Assembly: GCA_943788915.1 (NCBI GenBank)
Contig: CALSSD010000010.1
Location: 372,001-436,000 of the forward strand
Direction: 5' to 3'
Length of the DNA stretch: 64,000 nt
DNA from: an uncultured Acidimicrobiales bacterium
Lineage (GTDB): Bacteria; Actinomycetota; Acidimicrobiia; Acidimicrobiales; UBA10347
Part shown: positions 30,045 to 39,854 of the stretch, one piece after another
Position numbering within the stretch: position 1 is the first letter of the stretch
Layout of the letters: every line of letters starts with the position of its first letter
Program-made: the position numbers and the translations under genes
The notes under the pieces: generated by a model
Database searches by the model: none
Told to the model about the DNA's origin: nothing
The model's input: only the letters and a program-made list of their open reading frames with translations

Positions 30045-30794
30045 CTACACGTCGGTGAGACGATAGAAGGCTTCGCCAGCGGTGAAACCGCTCATGTCGC
30101 TCTGCACGAGGTGTGCGGCCCGGTCAGCAGCGTCGTGGATGTCTGCCACGAACTGGGCATGGCCGGCTTGGTCATGATCTGATGCAATCCCCATGGTGGA
30201 TTCAAGCTGGCTTACATGTTGCTCGAGCGAAGTGATCTTGGTCTTGAGCCAACCGTCGACGTTCTCGACATGGTTTGGTTCGTCGGCTTCGAAATACCAG
30301 ACCTCGTCGGGGCGATGATGGGTGTACTCCATATCAGGGAAGAAGTGTGGATCTCGGGCAGCGACGACAGCATCGGAGACAAGAAACCCGGCGGCTCGAT
30401 GGTCGGGGTGTAGCCGGTACCGCTTCCACGGGTCATGGGTGATCACGATGGTCGGCCGCAGTCGCCGGATCCATTCTGTGAGTTTGCGCACGTTCGCTGG
30501 GTTCTGAACAAGCTCACCATCGACCCACTCGCAGAAACCAACCGTGCCGGTAGCCCCCAGCGCTGTCGCTGCAGCCCGTTGTTCGGACTGGCGGGCAGCG
30601 ATGAGTTCGGCAAGGTCTGCGTCGGGGTTCCATGTGCCCTTTGAACCGTCGGTGCAGACCACGATGCTTACCTCGCAGCCAGCAGCAGCCCACTTGGCCA
30701 ACGTGCCCCCGGCTTGTAGCTCGCTGTCGTCGGGATGCGCCGAAATGGCGAGGACTCGCTCCGGTGCGGCTCGGTCAGTCGTGAAGTCGGTCAT
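30045..30794 (-). CDS. PIG-L family deacetylase
   Basis: AHPDDSE...GGTLA, TDGSKG, ARQSEQ, DGEL, HPDHRAAG, GEAF. Confidence 0.92.
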   Translation of the reverse strand: MTDFTTDRAAPERVLAISAHPDDSELQAGGTLAKWAAAGCEVSIVVCTDGSKGTWNPDADLAELIAARQSEQRAAATALGATGTVGFCEWVDGELVQNPANVRKLTEWIRRLRPTIVITHDPWKRYRLHPDHRAAGFLVSDAVVAARDPHFFPDMEYTHHRPDEVWYFEADEPNHVENVDGWLKTKITSLEQHVSQLESTMGIASDHDQAGHAQFVADIHDAADRAAHLVQSDMSGFTAGEAFYRLTDV

Positions 30795-31425
30795 GCGAAA
30801 TGTCGCTTTCGAGAAGATCAGTGACGAATGAGGGTTCGGGGACCGCAAGGTCATCGGGATGGTCCACGTCCCAGCCGAGCTGGTCGTCGTGCACGATGCG
30901 AAGACCACGCCGAAGGCGGACAGCCTCGGCGATGTGGCGTTGGAACGAGCCTCCGCCATAACTGAACTGGAAATCAATCGACGTTGGGACCACGATCACA
31001 TTGGATCCGGTGCGGTGGCGGTCGGGTACAAGTGTGACCCCGCTCCATCCGACAAGACGATCCAGGCTCTTCGCTAACGGCAGGTCGCTATGAGCAATAG
31101 CCACCGAGGTGTAACCGGCGTTGCGAAGTTCTTCGAAGCCTTGCTGCACCGCTCCGTTCAACCCGGTGCCTGGGCACCAGATCATCGATGCGCCTACCGA
31201 AGCAGCCCAGTCGGCGACACCAGGGTCATCGCAGGACACCGCAACGGTGACATGTTGTTGGACTTCGACAAGATGGGTCGCCATTCGCCTGGCCAGTTCT
31301 GCTCGAGTTGGTTGATCGAGTGCATCGCTGAGCCGGCCCTTTGCTTCGCCGAACGCCTTGACAGGAATGAGTACTGCGCCTTGAGTCGCTGAAGCTGGCT
31401 CGAGCCGCGTCGAAGGGTTGCCCAT
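30775..31425 (-). CDS. cofC: 2-phospho-L-lactate/PEP guanylyltransferase (F420 biosynthesis)
   Basis: IPVKAFGEAKGRL, GLNGAV, HSDLP, PDRHRTGSN, YGGGSFQRH, DVDHPDDL; divergent from gpsA. Confidence 0.92.
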   Translation of the reverse strand: MGNPSTRLEPASATQGAVLIPVKAFGEAKGRLSDALDQPTRAELARRMATHLVEVQQHVTVAVSCDDPGVADWAASVGASMIWCPGTGLNGAVQQGFEELRNAGYTSVAIAHSDLPLAKSLDRLVGWSGVTLVPDRHRTGSNVIVVPTSIDFQFSYGGGSFQRHIAEAVRLRRGLRIVHDDQLGWDVDHPDDLAVPEPSFVTDLLESDISHDRLHD

Positions 31426-31550
31426 CGACGCCAGCTTAGGACCTGTGTGGCGGTCGGCGTGTGCCGTCACTAGCCATCGGAACTCGTTCGCGGTGACCAG
31501 AAGCCTAGCGAGCACCTAAGGTTGGGCCAATGGCCGTTTTTCATAAAACA

Positions 31551-32558
31551 ATGCAGGTCTGTGTGCTGGGTGGGGGGTCGTGGGGGACAACCGTCGCCTC
31601 ATTGGCCGCACACAACACCGAGACCACACTTTGGTGTCGCGACGAACAGACCGTCGAGGACATCAACACCAGGCACATGAATGGCCGATATCTCGAGGGT
31701 TACCAACTCCATCCGAATCTTAAGGCAACCCACGACCTTGAGCAGGCAGTCCGTAGCGCTGACCTCTTGGTTATGGGTATCCCGTCGCACTCCTACCGCG
31801 ACACGCTGGCAATTGCGGCACCGTTTGTTCGCCCATGGGTGCCGGTGCTCAGCCTGACGAAGGGTCTTGAGCAGGGCACCAGGCTGCGCATGTCCCAGGT
31901 TACGAACGAGGTGCTTCCTGGCCACCCGGCAGGAGCGTTGACCGGCCCGAACCTGGCTAAAGAAGTCCTGGCCGGCGGTGCTGCTGCTTCGGTGGTTGCC
32001 ATTGCCGATGAGGTCGTGGCTGAAGCGTTGCAGGCAGTTTTCTCAACAGAACTCTTCCGTGTGTATGTCAACGACGATGTCATTGGCTGCGAGCTGGGTG
32101 GCGCATTAAAGAACGTCATTGCGTTGGCTTCAGGAATGGCCGACGGGCTGGGCACAGGCGACAACACTCGTGCCGCGGTCATCACCCGAGGTCTAGCCGA
32201 GATCAGCCGGCTGGGGCAATCGTTAGGCGGTCGAGCCGAGACGTTTGCTGGTTTAACTGGCATGGGTGACCTGATCGCAACCTGCATTAGCCCCCAGAGT
32301 CGCAATCGGTTCTTCGGTGAGCAGCTCGGCAAAGGCAAAACGGTCGCCGAAGTAGCTGCAGAAATGGACCAGGTTGCCGAGGGTGTCAAAACCGCTCCAG
32401 TCGTGTGCACTCTCGCGGCTGAGGCCGGTGTAGACATGCCGATTGCGACCGAGATGAACCTCGTCGTTCGCGGTCAACAAACTGCCGAGGAGGCCTACCG
32501 CGGTCTTCTTGGTCGGTCGGTTCGTCGAGAAACAGGCCATCCGAAGGGTCACGCCTAG
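31551..32558 (+). CDS. gpsA: NAD(P)H-dependent glycerol-3-phosphate dehydrogenase
   Basis: [50 protein letters not shown]. Confidence 0.96.
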   Translation: MQVCVLGGGSWGTTVASLAAHNTETTLWCRDEQTVEDINTRHMNGRYLEGYQLHPNLKATHDLEQAVRSADLLVMGIPSHSYRDTLAIAAPFVRPWVPVLSLTKGLEQGTRLRMSQVTNEVLPGHPAGALTGPNLAKEVLAGGAAASVVAIADEVVAEALQAVFSTELFRVYVNDDVIGCELGGALKNVIALASGMADGLGTGDNTRAAVITRGLAEISRLGQSLGGRAETFAGLTGMGDLIATCISPQSRNRFFGEQLGKGKTVAEVAAEMDQVAEGVKTAPVVCTLAAEAGVDMPIATEMNLVVRGQQTAEEAYRGLLGRSVRRETGHPKGHA

Positions 32559-32580
32559 TCCTGGGCAATAGGCTCGCAGC

Positions 32581-34158
32581 ATGATCAACAGGCTCGTCCG
32601 TCGGTTGGGTTTTCAGCAGTCCGTGCCGGTGTCGCTTATTGACGACTGGCACATCCCTGCCCCAAAACGCAGCAGCATCGAGTTAGCGCCGCGCGAAGGT
32701 GCTGCATCGTGTCGCGTCGACCAGTACGGGAGAGTGCAGGTCGACGGCGCAAGCTGGACGCTGGACCTCACCTTGGCCGCAGGCGCCCGGTGGCTCGCTG
32801 CGTCCGCATCAGATCGGGTTACGCAGACGCTGACGGCTCCTGGTGTGGTTGAGACAACAGTGCAAACCCCCTCGGGACCGGTCGTACATCGTGTGGCGGC
32901 AGGTGTCGTTAGTGGCCAACCTGTAGCGATCATCGAGATTGAAAACACGGGTGGCGTTGCGATTGCCGTGGGCATGGTTGCCCGGCCGCTACAGCTCGAC
33001 GGCCGGGGTTACATCGGCGAAGCAGCAATCGGCGGTTCAGGAATTGTGATCGACGGGCGCCGTTGCGTCCGTTTCGAGACCAGCCCGGCAACGGTGACTG
33101 CTTCCGACGGCGCATCCGGTGACCTGTTGGCGCACATGCCTGCTGCCAGCGAGGGAGCCACCTCGGCAGCGGCGAAATGTCGATCCGGTGGCGCCCAAGC
33201 GGCTGCCGTCTGGCCACTGCCACACACCGCCACGTTGCGCATCGTTGTCGAACTAGCCGGGAACACGTCACCGGGCGCAGCCGTGCCTTCGACCAGCGAC
33301 ATCAATCGTGGCTGGGAAGCCCACCTGAAACAGGGCATGCGGGTCGATGTCGACGATTTCGAAGTAAGCGAACATCTGAGCACCGCATGTCGCAGCGTGC
33401 TCACGATGTGGCCCGAAGTCCAAGACACACCATCAGCGATCCTGGCAATGAGCGAGATGGGCTTCGGGCGCGACGCAGGGCGCTTCTTCGATCTACTCGA
33501 ACGCTGCGATGACGATGGCGCTGTGCTCCGATGTCTCGCTCGGTGGGCTCAACTCGGCGAGCAAGCCCATCAGCTCGAGGACCTGGAACGAATCCTTGGC
33601 CGCCTGGCCCAGGCAGCACACGTGGTCGCTGGCAGCGGTGGTGAACCAGCGGGAGCCGCATGGCTCGACGATGCCCTTGTCGCACTTGGCGGACGTCTCC
33701 ACCAGATCGAACAACCCGATGTCGCCGAGCGAGTGCAGGGTTTCAAGACTGCGGTGCAGCCCATCGAAGGAGCCAGTGACCAGCTGGCGCTACTCACCAA
33801 GGCGCTCGACAAGCGGGGTGTGTGGCCCGAGGCCCAGATGCGTTCCGCCTCTCACTACGTGCGTGCAATCCGGGCCCTGGTGGTCGAGGACACGGGCACC
33901 GAAGTACGGCTGCTCCCGCAACTTCCAGAGCTGTGGCGCGGTCGCACCATCGACGTGCTCGGCCTGCCGGTTGCAAACGGCACGATGTCGTTTGGACTGC
34001 GGTGGCACGGCCACCGGCCTGCTCTGCTGTGGGAAGCCAGTCTTGCGCCCGAAGCTCCGTTCACGCTGAAAATTCCGGGCATCGACGCCGGCTTTGAAAC
34101 GAGTGATCGCCAGGGTGAAACATTGCTGACCGATCCAGGGTGGGGTAGCGCTTCGTGA
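32581..34158 (+). CDS. Hypothetical protein, possibly a degenerate glycosidase-like (alpha/alpha barrel) fold
   Basis: 525-aa ORF; C-terminal LLPQLPELWRG...SFGLRWHG resembles the beta-tail of such glycosidases (inference). Confidence 0.6.
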   Translation: MINRLVRRLGFQQSVPVSLIDDWHIPAPKRSSIELAPREGAASCRVDQYGRVQVDGASWTLDLTLAAGARWLAASASDRVTQTLTAPGVVETTVQTPSGPVVHRVAAGVVSGQPVAIIEIENTGGVAIAVGMVARPLQLDGRGYIGEAAIGGSGIVIDGRRCVRFETSPATVTASDGASGDLLAHMPAASEGATSAAAKCRSGGAQAAAVWPLPHTATLRIVVELAGNTSPGAAVPSTSDINRGWEAHLKQGMRVDVDDFEVSEHLSTACRSVLTMWPEVQDTPSAILAMSEMGFGRDAGRFFDLLERCDDDGAVLRCLARWAQLGEQAHQLEDLERILGRLAQAAHVVAGSGGEPAGAAWLDDALVALGGRLHQIEQPDVAERVQGFKTAVQPIEGASDQLALLTKALDKRGVWPEAQMRSASHYVRAIRALVVEDTGTEVRLLPQLPELWRGRTIDVLGLPVANGTMSFGLRWHGHRPALLWEASLAPEAPFTLKIPGIDAGFETSDRQGETLLTDPGWGSAS

Positions 34159-34203
34159 GCCAGACCTCGTGAGCCAGACCTCGTGAGTCAGACCTCGTGA
34201 GTC
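34153..34203 (+). repeat. 14-bp tandem repeat TCGTGAG(C/T)CAGACC, about 3.6 copies
   Basis: Directly visible; spans the stop codon of the upstream gene. Confidence 0.9.
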
Positions 34204-34222
34204 GCATCGTCAGCCGCATCCC

Positions 34223-34927
34223 GTGACTAGGGCCAGGGTGCCAAAATTGCGTAAAGCGCTGAAGGCATCGTCCCCCGGCACGCGATTCGAGCAGCAATGC
34301 TGGAACGAAGGCAAACAATGGGTCGCCGGCGTAGACGAGGTAGGTCGGGGCGCATGGGCAGGGCCGCTCACCGTCGCGGCAGCGGTCATCCCTCGGGAAC
34401 GACGTATCTACAAGGTGCGTGACTCGAAGATGCTGAAGGAGTCGGAGCGCGAGTTGTTATATGACCGAATCATCGATTGGGTCGAAGCATGGGGTGTAGG
34501 TCACGCTTCTGAAGTTGAATGCGACGAACTGGGTATGTCAGCCGCCCAGAAACTGGCAGCTCGCCGGGCACTCGAAGCCACGGATGTAGAGCTTGATCAT
34601 GTGTTGATCGATGGCAACTGGGATTTTGTTGGCGGTTCGAACACCAAGATCGTGAAGGGTGATGCGAAATGTCTGTCGATCGCTGCAGCATCGGTGATCG
34701 CCAAGGTCACTCGTGATCGACTTATGCGTTCGATGGCCGAGCAGTACCCGGGCTACTTCTTCCAAGACAACAAGGGCTACCCGTGCCCCCGCCACCGGGC
34801 CGCGCTCGCTCAGGTCGGACCTGCAGTTGTGCATCGTCATTCGTGGTCGTTTATCGATGCGTTGCCAGATTCTGGCATCACATTACGTCGGGACCAGCAA
34901 CGTCTGTTCGAAGGAGAAACGCCGTAG
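34223..34927 (+). CDS. rnhB: Ribonuclease HII
   Basis: AGVDEVGRGAWAGP, VRDSK, LIDG, VKGD, SIAAASVIAKVTRD, NKGY, HRHSW. Confidence 0.96.
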   Translation: MTRARVPKLRKALKASSPGTRFEQQCWNEGKQWVAGVDEVGRGAWAGPLTVAAAVIPRERRIYKVRDSKMLKESERELLYDRIIDWVEAWGVGHASEVECDELGMSAAQKLAARRALEATDVELDHVLIDGNWDFVGGSNTKIVKGDAKCLSIAAASVIAKVTRDRLMRSMAEQYPGYFFQDNKGYPCPRHRAALAQVGPAVVHRHSWSFIDALPDSGITLRRDQQRLFEGETP

Positions 34928-35343
34928 TGAAGAAACTCATTTCGCGAATCCAATGGATCTGGGTGTTGATTGGTTGGACCTTGTTCCTGTGGCTGTCGCG
35001 CCTGCGCAACGTGGTGAACAACGACGAGCTCACCAGTTCAGGCCGTTCCATTCGTATCGGTATTGTGGTGATCTTTGTGGGGCTCGCTGGTCTCACCGCT
35101 GTTGCTGTGCGCCAGCTACGGGCAGCGCAGAGGGATCCCGGTCTAGGAAACGTGGGATGGCAAGGCAAGATGATTGGGCTGTTTCTTGCCTGGACGGCCG
35201 GGTATTGGCTGATTCGAGGCATCGGCATCTTGATCGATGGTGACTATTCGATCGGCTTTAAGGCAGTCCACACGGTCCTGATGGCCGTGTCGCTCACGCT
35301 GGCATTCCTGACCGCCCGAAGCGTCCGGTCACAGAGCGCTTAG
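34927..35343 (+). CDS. Small 4-TM membrane protein
   Basis: GTG overlaps the rnhB stop; WTLFLWLSRLRNV...FKAVHTVL. Confidence 0.65.
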   Translation: MKKLISRIQWIWVLIGWTLFLWLSRLRNVVNNDELTSSGRSIRIGIVVIFVGLAGLTAVAVRQLRAAQRDPGLGNVGWQGKMIGLFLAWTAGYWLIRGIGILIDGDYSIGFKAVHTVLMAVSLTLAFLTARSVRSQSA

Positions 35344-35396
35344 AGGGCCACTCACTGGCCTGAACACGAGCATCTGGAGATGCCCCTGTTAACATC

Positions 35397-35714
35397 ATGT
35401 CCGTGGGTCAGCCAGTCACTGTTGTGAAGAAACCATCATCCAATTCAGGTGTTGTCCGGTTTGAAATCAACCGTTCGATCACCGGTATGGGACATGAGCG
35501 TTATGGCGGCGCACCTGGGCCTGAGCATGACCGTCCATGCGACGAACTTGCTCGCCGTCTCTTCGCTCACCAAGGCGTCGAGTACGTGCACATCAATAGC
35601 AATGTGATCACGGTCAACATGTCGTTTGGTGCTGATGATTCGGCGCTGAGCGAGACGATCACACAGCTCTTCACCTACTACCGACCTGGTGTCGAGGTTC
35701 CCTCCTTCGAGTAA
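35397..35714 (+). CDS. NifU N-terminal (Nfu_N scaffold-like) domain protein
   Basis: VRFEINRSITG...LARRLFAHQGVEYVHINSNVITV pattern. Confidence 0.65.
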   Translation: MSVGQPVTVVKKPSSNSGVVRFEINRSITGMGHERYGGAPGPEHDRPCDELARRLFAHQGVEYVHINSNVITVNMSFGADDSALSETITQLFTYYRPGVEVPSFE

Positions 35715-35834
35715 CCCTGCTGCCCTTCTCGGCAGAGCGGCCCTTGTAGGCAGCAAAATTTAGTATGCAGTAGCAAGATTTATTGTGCGGTTACAAGATG
35801 TAACGCGGAATGAATCAAAAAGTCGTACTTCTGG

Positions 35835-35864
35835 TTGACAGTGTTCGAACAGGTGTTCGATACT
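35835..35864 (+). promoter_or_regulatory. SigA-type promoter containing a perfect LexA (SOS) box
   Basis: TTGACA at 35835-35840, TCGAAC-AGGT-GTTCGA at 35845-35860, GATACT at 35859-35864, ATG 35871 (probably leaderless). Confidence 0.9.
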
Positions 35865-35870
35865 GGGGCG

Positions 35871-36650
35871 ATGCGGAGTGCAGCCCATCTTGAACTTGTG
35901 CGCGAGTCGATTACGACCGCGTCAACCCTGGCCCATGAACGCACCTTGCCGGTGATCAGTGACCTGGCCCCGTTGGTGCCATCTGGTGGGCTGCAGCGGG
36001 GGAGCACGCTGGCGGTACACGGCGTTGGGGCAACCTCGTTTGCGCTTGCTCTTGCGGGCCAAGCGGTCCGTCAGGGTTCGTTTATGGCGGTGATTGCTCC
36101 GCCATCGTTTGGCCTGGCGGCATGTCTTGACTTCGACATTCCGCTGCGGCGAGTGGTGCAATTCGTTTTGCCCTCCGATGTGGCGAATTGGGCCCAGGTG
36201 ATTGCTGCGGTTGTCGAAGGGTTCGACCTGGTAATGCTGGCCGACCGCCACCAGGCCACGGGTTCACAAGCGCGCCAGCTCACCGCCCGAAACCGTGAAC
36301 GAGGCTCTGTCTTGATCCGTGTAGGAGGGCCGGCTTGGCCCGATGCTGCCGATCTTCGCTTCGACGTGAGTTCGCCGGAATGGTCGGGTCTGGGGCAAGG
36401 GCATGGGCATCTGCAGGCTCGTAAGGTGGCGGTGCAGGTTGCAGGTCGCCGGTATCACGGGCGCAAACGTGCCCACGAGATCATGCTCCCAGCCAGCGAA
36501 GGCGGGGTTGTAGTGGCGCCTGTAGCGGCGGCGGTGACAGGGGTCGATCGTTTCGCTGGTGCCGATATCGATGCCATGCTCGATGTCGTCGACGAAGGTG
36601 CTGATCGGGACACCACTGCAGCTGCGCCTGGGCTCGATGCCATCGCCTGA
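35871..36650 (+). CDS. imuA: ImuA' RecA-like mutasome accessory protein
   Basis: GGLQRGSTLAV.GVGATSFALAL (P-loop without Lys), ARQLTARNRERG, WSGLGQGHGHL; SOS box and position upstream of imuB. Confidence 0.88.
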   Translation: MRSAAHLELVRESITTASTLAHERTLPVISDLAPLVPSGGLQRGSTLAVHGVGATSFALALAGQAVRQGSFMAVIAPPSFGLAACLDFDIPLRRVVQFVLPSDVANWAQVIAAVVEGFDLVMLADRHQATGSQARQLTARNRERGSVLIRVGGPAWPDAADLRFDVSSPEWSGLGQGHGHLQARKVAVQVAGRRYHGRKRAHEIMLPASEGGVVVAPVAAAVTGVDRFAGADIDAMLDVVDEGADRDTTAAAPGLDAIA

Positions 36651-38340
36651 TATGGCATGTTCTTCTGGTTCAAGGTCTGGCAGTGCCGAGCGGCTAACAG
36701 TCCTGACCTGTCGAAGCTGGCCGGTTGTCGGGTGTGGCTATCGGCCTGAAGATGTTGCTGCGGTGGTGGTGGGAAATCGGGTGATCGCTCCGTCGTTGGC
36801 CGCCGAACAGCTCGGTGTGGTCGCAGGACTTCGCCGCCGCGAGGCGCAACGGCGTGCTCCGGGTCTGATCGTGTTGTCGCCGGATCCGGCTGCCGAAGCT
36901 CGGGCATTTGAACCGGTGTTGCAGGCGCTCGATGACCTAACGCCCCGCATCGAAATCGATCAACCAGGTCAGTGCGCCTTCTTGACCCGGGGTCCAAGCC
37001 GATACTTCGGCGGCGATCAGTCCATGAGCGACCGGGCGGCCCGTATCGTCGCCGATGTGCTCGAGGGCAGCACCAGTGTGCATGTGGGTACCGCCGACGG
37101 GCGATTTGCCGCTCTACGGGCAGCGGCGCTGGCAGAACCTAACCGGGCCCGGGTCGTGCAGGCGGGTGCCAGCGCGGCGTTTCTGTCCTCGTTGCCGGTT
37201 GGGTTGCTTGCGATCGATGACCAGGTACCAGCCAAACGCAAACAGCTCGAGGATCTCGTTGACGTGTTGTCACGCTTGGGGCTGACTTCGCTCGGGTCCT
37301 TTGCGGTTCTCGAGGTGAGCGACGTCATTGCCCGATTTGGCGCCGTTGGTGTGCGGGCCCATACCTGGGCACGAGGCCTCGATGATCGCCCCGCCTCGCC
37401 CGAAGACCCCCCAGCTGAACTCGAGGTCTCTATCGATCTTGATCCACCAGTGCAGCGAGTCGACCAGGCGGCCTTCGTTGCTAAGGCATTAGCCGAAGAG
37501 TTCATTCGCAAGTTGGGTGGCCGCGGCATCAGCTGTGCCCGAGTCGCGATTGTTGCCGAATCCGAACACGGTGAGACACAGCTTCGGCTATGGCGCTCCG
37601 AGGAAGCTTTCAGTGCGCCAGCGATCTCGGACCGCATGCGGTGGCAGCTCGATGGCTGGTTGTCTGGCCCGGTGCGATTGCGTCCTACGGGTGGGCTTGT
37701 TCGTTTGGTGTTGCGTCCTGATGACATCAGCGTGGCTGCAGGCCGTCAGCTGGGTTTCTGGGGTGAACAAACCGGACTTGCTGAACGGGCAGCGCGATCT
37801 GTAGCCCGGGTGCAGGGCATCGTTGGTGTTGGGGTAGCCCGGGTCCCCGAGATCAGAGGTGGCCGTAACCCGGGGGACCGGGTGGTGGCCATTGCCGTGG
37901 AGTCGGTCGACCTGGTCGAACGTTCCATCGCACCAGATCGAAAGGCAGGTGCCGAAACCGCCAGTGCCATTGCAGGAGTAGCAGCCGACGGTGTGATGGT
38001 TGGCGGCACACCGCAGCAGTGGATTGGTGAACTGCCTGCTCCGGCGCCTACCACCGTGCACGCTCCGCCGATCCTGATCGAGGTGCTTGATGCAAACGAG
38101 CAGCTGGTGCGGGTGACCAGCCGAGGAATCATGGCGGCAACACCCGCATGGGTTGTTCTTGGCCACCACGCGCCCCTGGCAATCAGCGGTTGGTCCGGTC
38201 CATGGCTGCTCGACGAATGCTGGTGGCAGGCCGAACGTCGGCGTCGGCAGATCCGGATGCAGCTAGTCCTTGTCGATGGGCGGGCAGTCGTGGCGACCTG
38301 CCAACAAGGCCAATGGGCCATCGTCGCCAGCTACGACTAG
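36637..38340 (+). CDS. imuB: ImuB, inactive Y-family DNA polymerase (start 36637 or 36652)
   Basis: GLRRREAQ, ARAFEPV, RGPSRYFGG, DRMRWQLDGW, QLGFW (clamp-like motif), GPWLLDECWW. Confidence 0.92.
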   Translation: MPSPDMACSSGSRSGSAERLTVLTCRSWPVVGCGYRPEDVAAVVVGNRVIAPSLAAEQLGVVAGLRRREAQRRAPGLIVLSPDPAAEARAFEPVLQALDDLTPRIEIDQPGQCAFLTRGPSRYFGGDQSMSDRAARIVADVLEGSTSVHVGTADGRFAALRAAALAEPNRARVVQAGASAAFLSSLPVGLLAIDDQVPAKRKQLEDLVDVLSRLGLTSLGSFAVLEVSDVIARFGAVGVRAHTWARGLDDRPASPEDPPAELEVSIDLDPPVQRVDQAAFVAKALAEEFIRKLGGRGISCARVAIVAESEHGETQLRLWRSEEAFSAPAISDRMRWQLDGWLSGPVRLRPTGGLVRLVLRPDDISVAAGRQLGFWGEQTGLAERAARSVARVQGIVGVGVARVPEIRGGRNPGDRVVAIAVESVDLVERSIAPDRKAGAETASAIAGVAADGVMVGGTPQQWIGELPAPAPTTVHAPPILIEVLDANEQLVRVTSRGIMAATPAWVVLGHHAPLAISGWSGPWLLDECWWQAERRRRQIRMQLVLVDGRAVVATCQQGQWAIVASYD

Positions 38341-38460
38341 GGGTAGTTCGGATCACTCGCTGCGCTCGCGATCCTGTTTTAAAGCTCCCAAGCCTGCAAT
38401 CCCGGACCGCTGCGCTACCGGGCGAGTCCCGCTAGTCCGGATCACTCGCTGCACGCGGCG
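38341..38460. repeat. REP-like intergenic palindromic repeats
   Basis: TAGT(T/C)CGGATCACTCGCTGC at 38344-38363 and 38433-38452 (19/20 identical); GGATC...GATCC and cccgg...ccggg hairpins with CGCTGCGCT loops. Confidence 0.6.
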
Positions 38461-38475
38461 GGGCGTGTTGAGCTG

Positions 38476-39720
38476 ATGACGTGGGGTGAACAACTACGAT
38501 CTTCTGTGATGACCACGGGAAATATCGATGCGGCTGGCGTGTCTGAAGAAATCGACGCTGATGCGGTCGAGCGGTGGTTTGTGCAGCGTGGTGTTCCGCA
38601 GGCCATCTTTCACTACAACGCAGCCGAAGATGTCTTGACCCGTATGGTGCCGTATCTCACTGCAGTGTTCTTATTGGGAGCGCTGGCCGGGTTCGGTGAC
38701 GAGTTCACAGGGTGGTCCCAGTTGGGCGTCGCAGTGGCTGCTTTTGCTCTCTTAACGGTGCTTGCCGTCGTGATCAATCGACTCCGAGGGCGCCGCAACT
38801 TCGAGTTGCCCGACGATGTGGGCTGGATCGAGATCGGATTGTTCCTCATTGGTGCGCCGTTGGTGGCAGCGCTCTTCGGGGATCTTCCGTGGCAACCCGC
38901 CTGGCTGTTGCTGCTGAACCTGGTCGTGTTAGGTGTCGGTTATGCCATCACGGCCTATGGGGCTGTGCCTATGTTGCGATGGGGCGTGAGCGAGGTCGGG
39001 GCGCAGGTGCGAGGTCTGTTAAACGTGCTGTCGCGTCTGTTGCCGCTGCTGCTGCTGTTTACGACTTTCCTGTTTCTGAATGCCGAAGTGTGGCAGGTCG
39101 CCCATGGATTGACCGGTGCATTTTTCATCATCGTGATTGCCATGGTCCTGTTGCCTGCGGCGGTATTTCTTGCCTTGCGTTCACCCGACGAGATAGCGAA
39201 TCTGCACTCGTTCACCAGTTGGACCGAAATCGACAACATCTGTGATGCAGCCGATGCACCAGTATGGAAACGGCCCGATTCACCAGCGGGGAAGCCGAAT
39301 CTGGTGCCGCTCGACCAGGGCGAGCGGCGCAACCTTGCCTTGTTGATGTTGGCCGCTCAGCTGGTACAGACAGTGCTCGTGGCGGTTGGTATCGGCTTGT
39401 TTTTTGTGGCTTTTGGTCTGTTTGCTGTTCGGGAAGAAACCTTGTTGCAGTGGACGGAAATCTCGGCCGGAGGCCTAGACCCGCTGGCCCGCTTCACTAT
39501 CTTTGGGGCTGAGGTCATCGTGACCCTGGAACTCTTCGCCGTCTCAGGGTTTATTGCGGCGATTTCTGCGCTTCAGTTTGCGGTGTCGCTCAATAGCGAC
39601 GAGATGTACCGCCAGCAGTTCTCTGCCTCTTTCGAACGCGAAATCCGGGAGGTCCTTGCCGTGCGTGCCCGGTATCTGGAACCCATGGTCGAGCAGGTGA
39701 TGATTGCAAACGGCTCATGA
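38476..39720 (+). CDS. Integral membrane protein of unknown function
   Basis: About 8 TM; ERWFVQRGVP, LPLLLLFTTFLFLNAEVWQVA, ERRNL. Confidence 0.8.
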   Translation: MTWGEQLRSSVMTTGNIDAAGVSEEIDADAVERWFVQRGVPQAIFHYNAAEDVLTRMVPYLTAVFLLGALAGFGDEFTGWSQLGVAVAAFALLTVLAVVINRLRGRRNFELPDDVGWIEIGLFLIGAPLVAALFGDLPWQPAWLLLLNLVVLGVGYAITAYGAVPMLRWGVSEVGAQVRGLLNVLSRLLPLLLLFTTFLFLNAEVWQVAHGLTGAFFIIVIAMVLLPAAVFLALRSPDEIANLHSFTSWTEIDNICDAADAPVWKRPDSPAGKPNLVPLDQGERRNLALLMLAAQLVQTVLVAVGIGLFFVAFGLFAVREETLLQWTEISAGGLDPLARFTIFGAEVIVTLELFAVSGFIAAISALQFAVSLNSDEMYRQQFSASFEREIREVLAVRARYLEPMVEQVMIANGS

Positions 39721-39759
39721 GTCGGCGTTGAACTAGTACCGGGTTGCGCCTTGCCCAAA

Positions 39760-39775
39760 TCGAACGTATGTTCTT
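39760..39775 (+). promoter_or_regulatory. Second LexA (SOS) box, upstream of dnaE2
   Basis: TCGAAC-GTAT-GTTCTT; the GAAC-N4-GTTC core is intact. Confidence 0.75.
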
Positions 39776-39854
39776 GGGGTGAGTAGGGCTCTAAGCACGC
39801 CAGAATCAGGCGCACTCTGTACAAGTAAGTCGGGTGTCTCAGGGCTGGGTATCG

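Noticed and set aside
34153..34203. Short direct repeats here, at 50202-50250 and at 38341-38460 as a CRISPR array
   Set aside because: Units are 12-20 bp, either tandem without unique spacers or only two copies; no cas genes in the window
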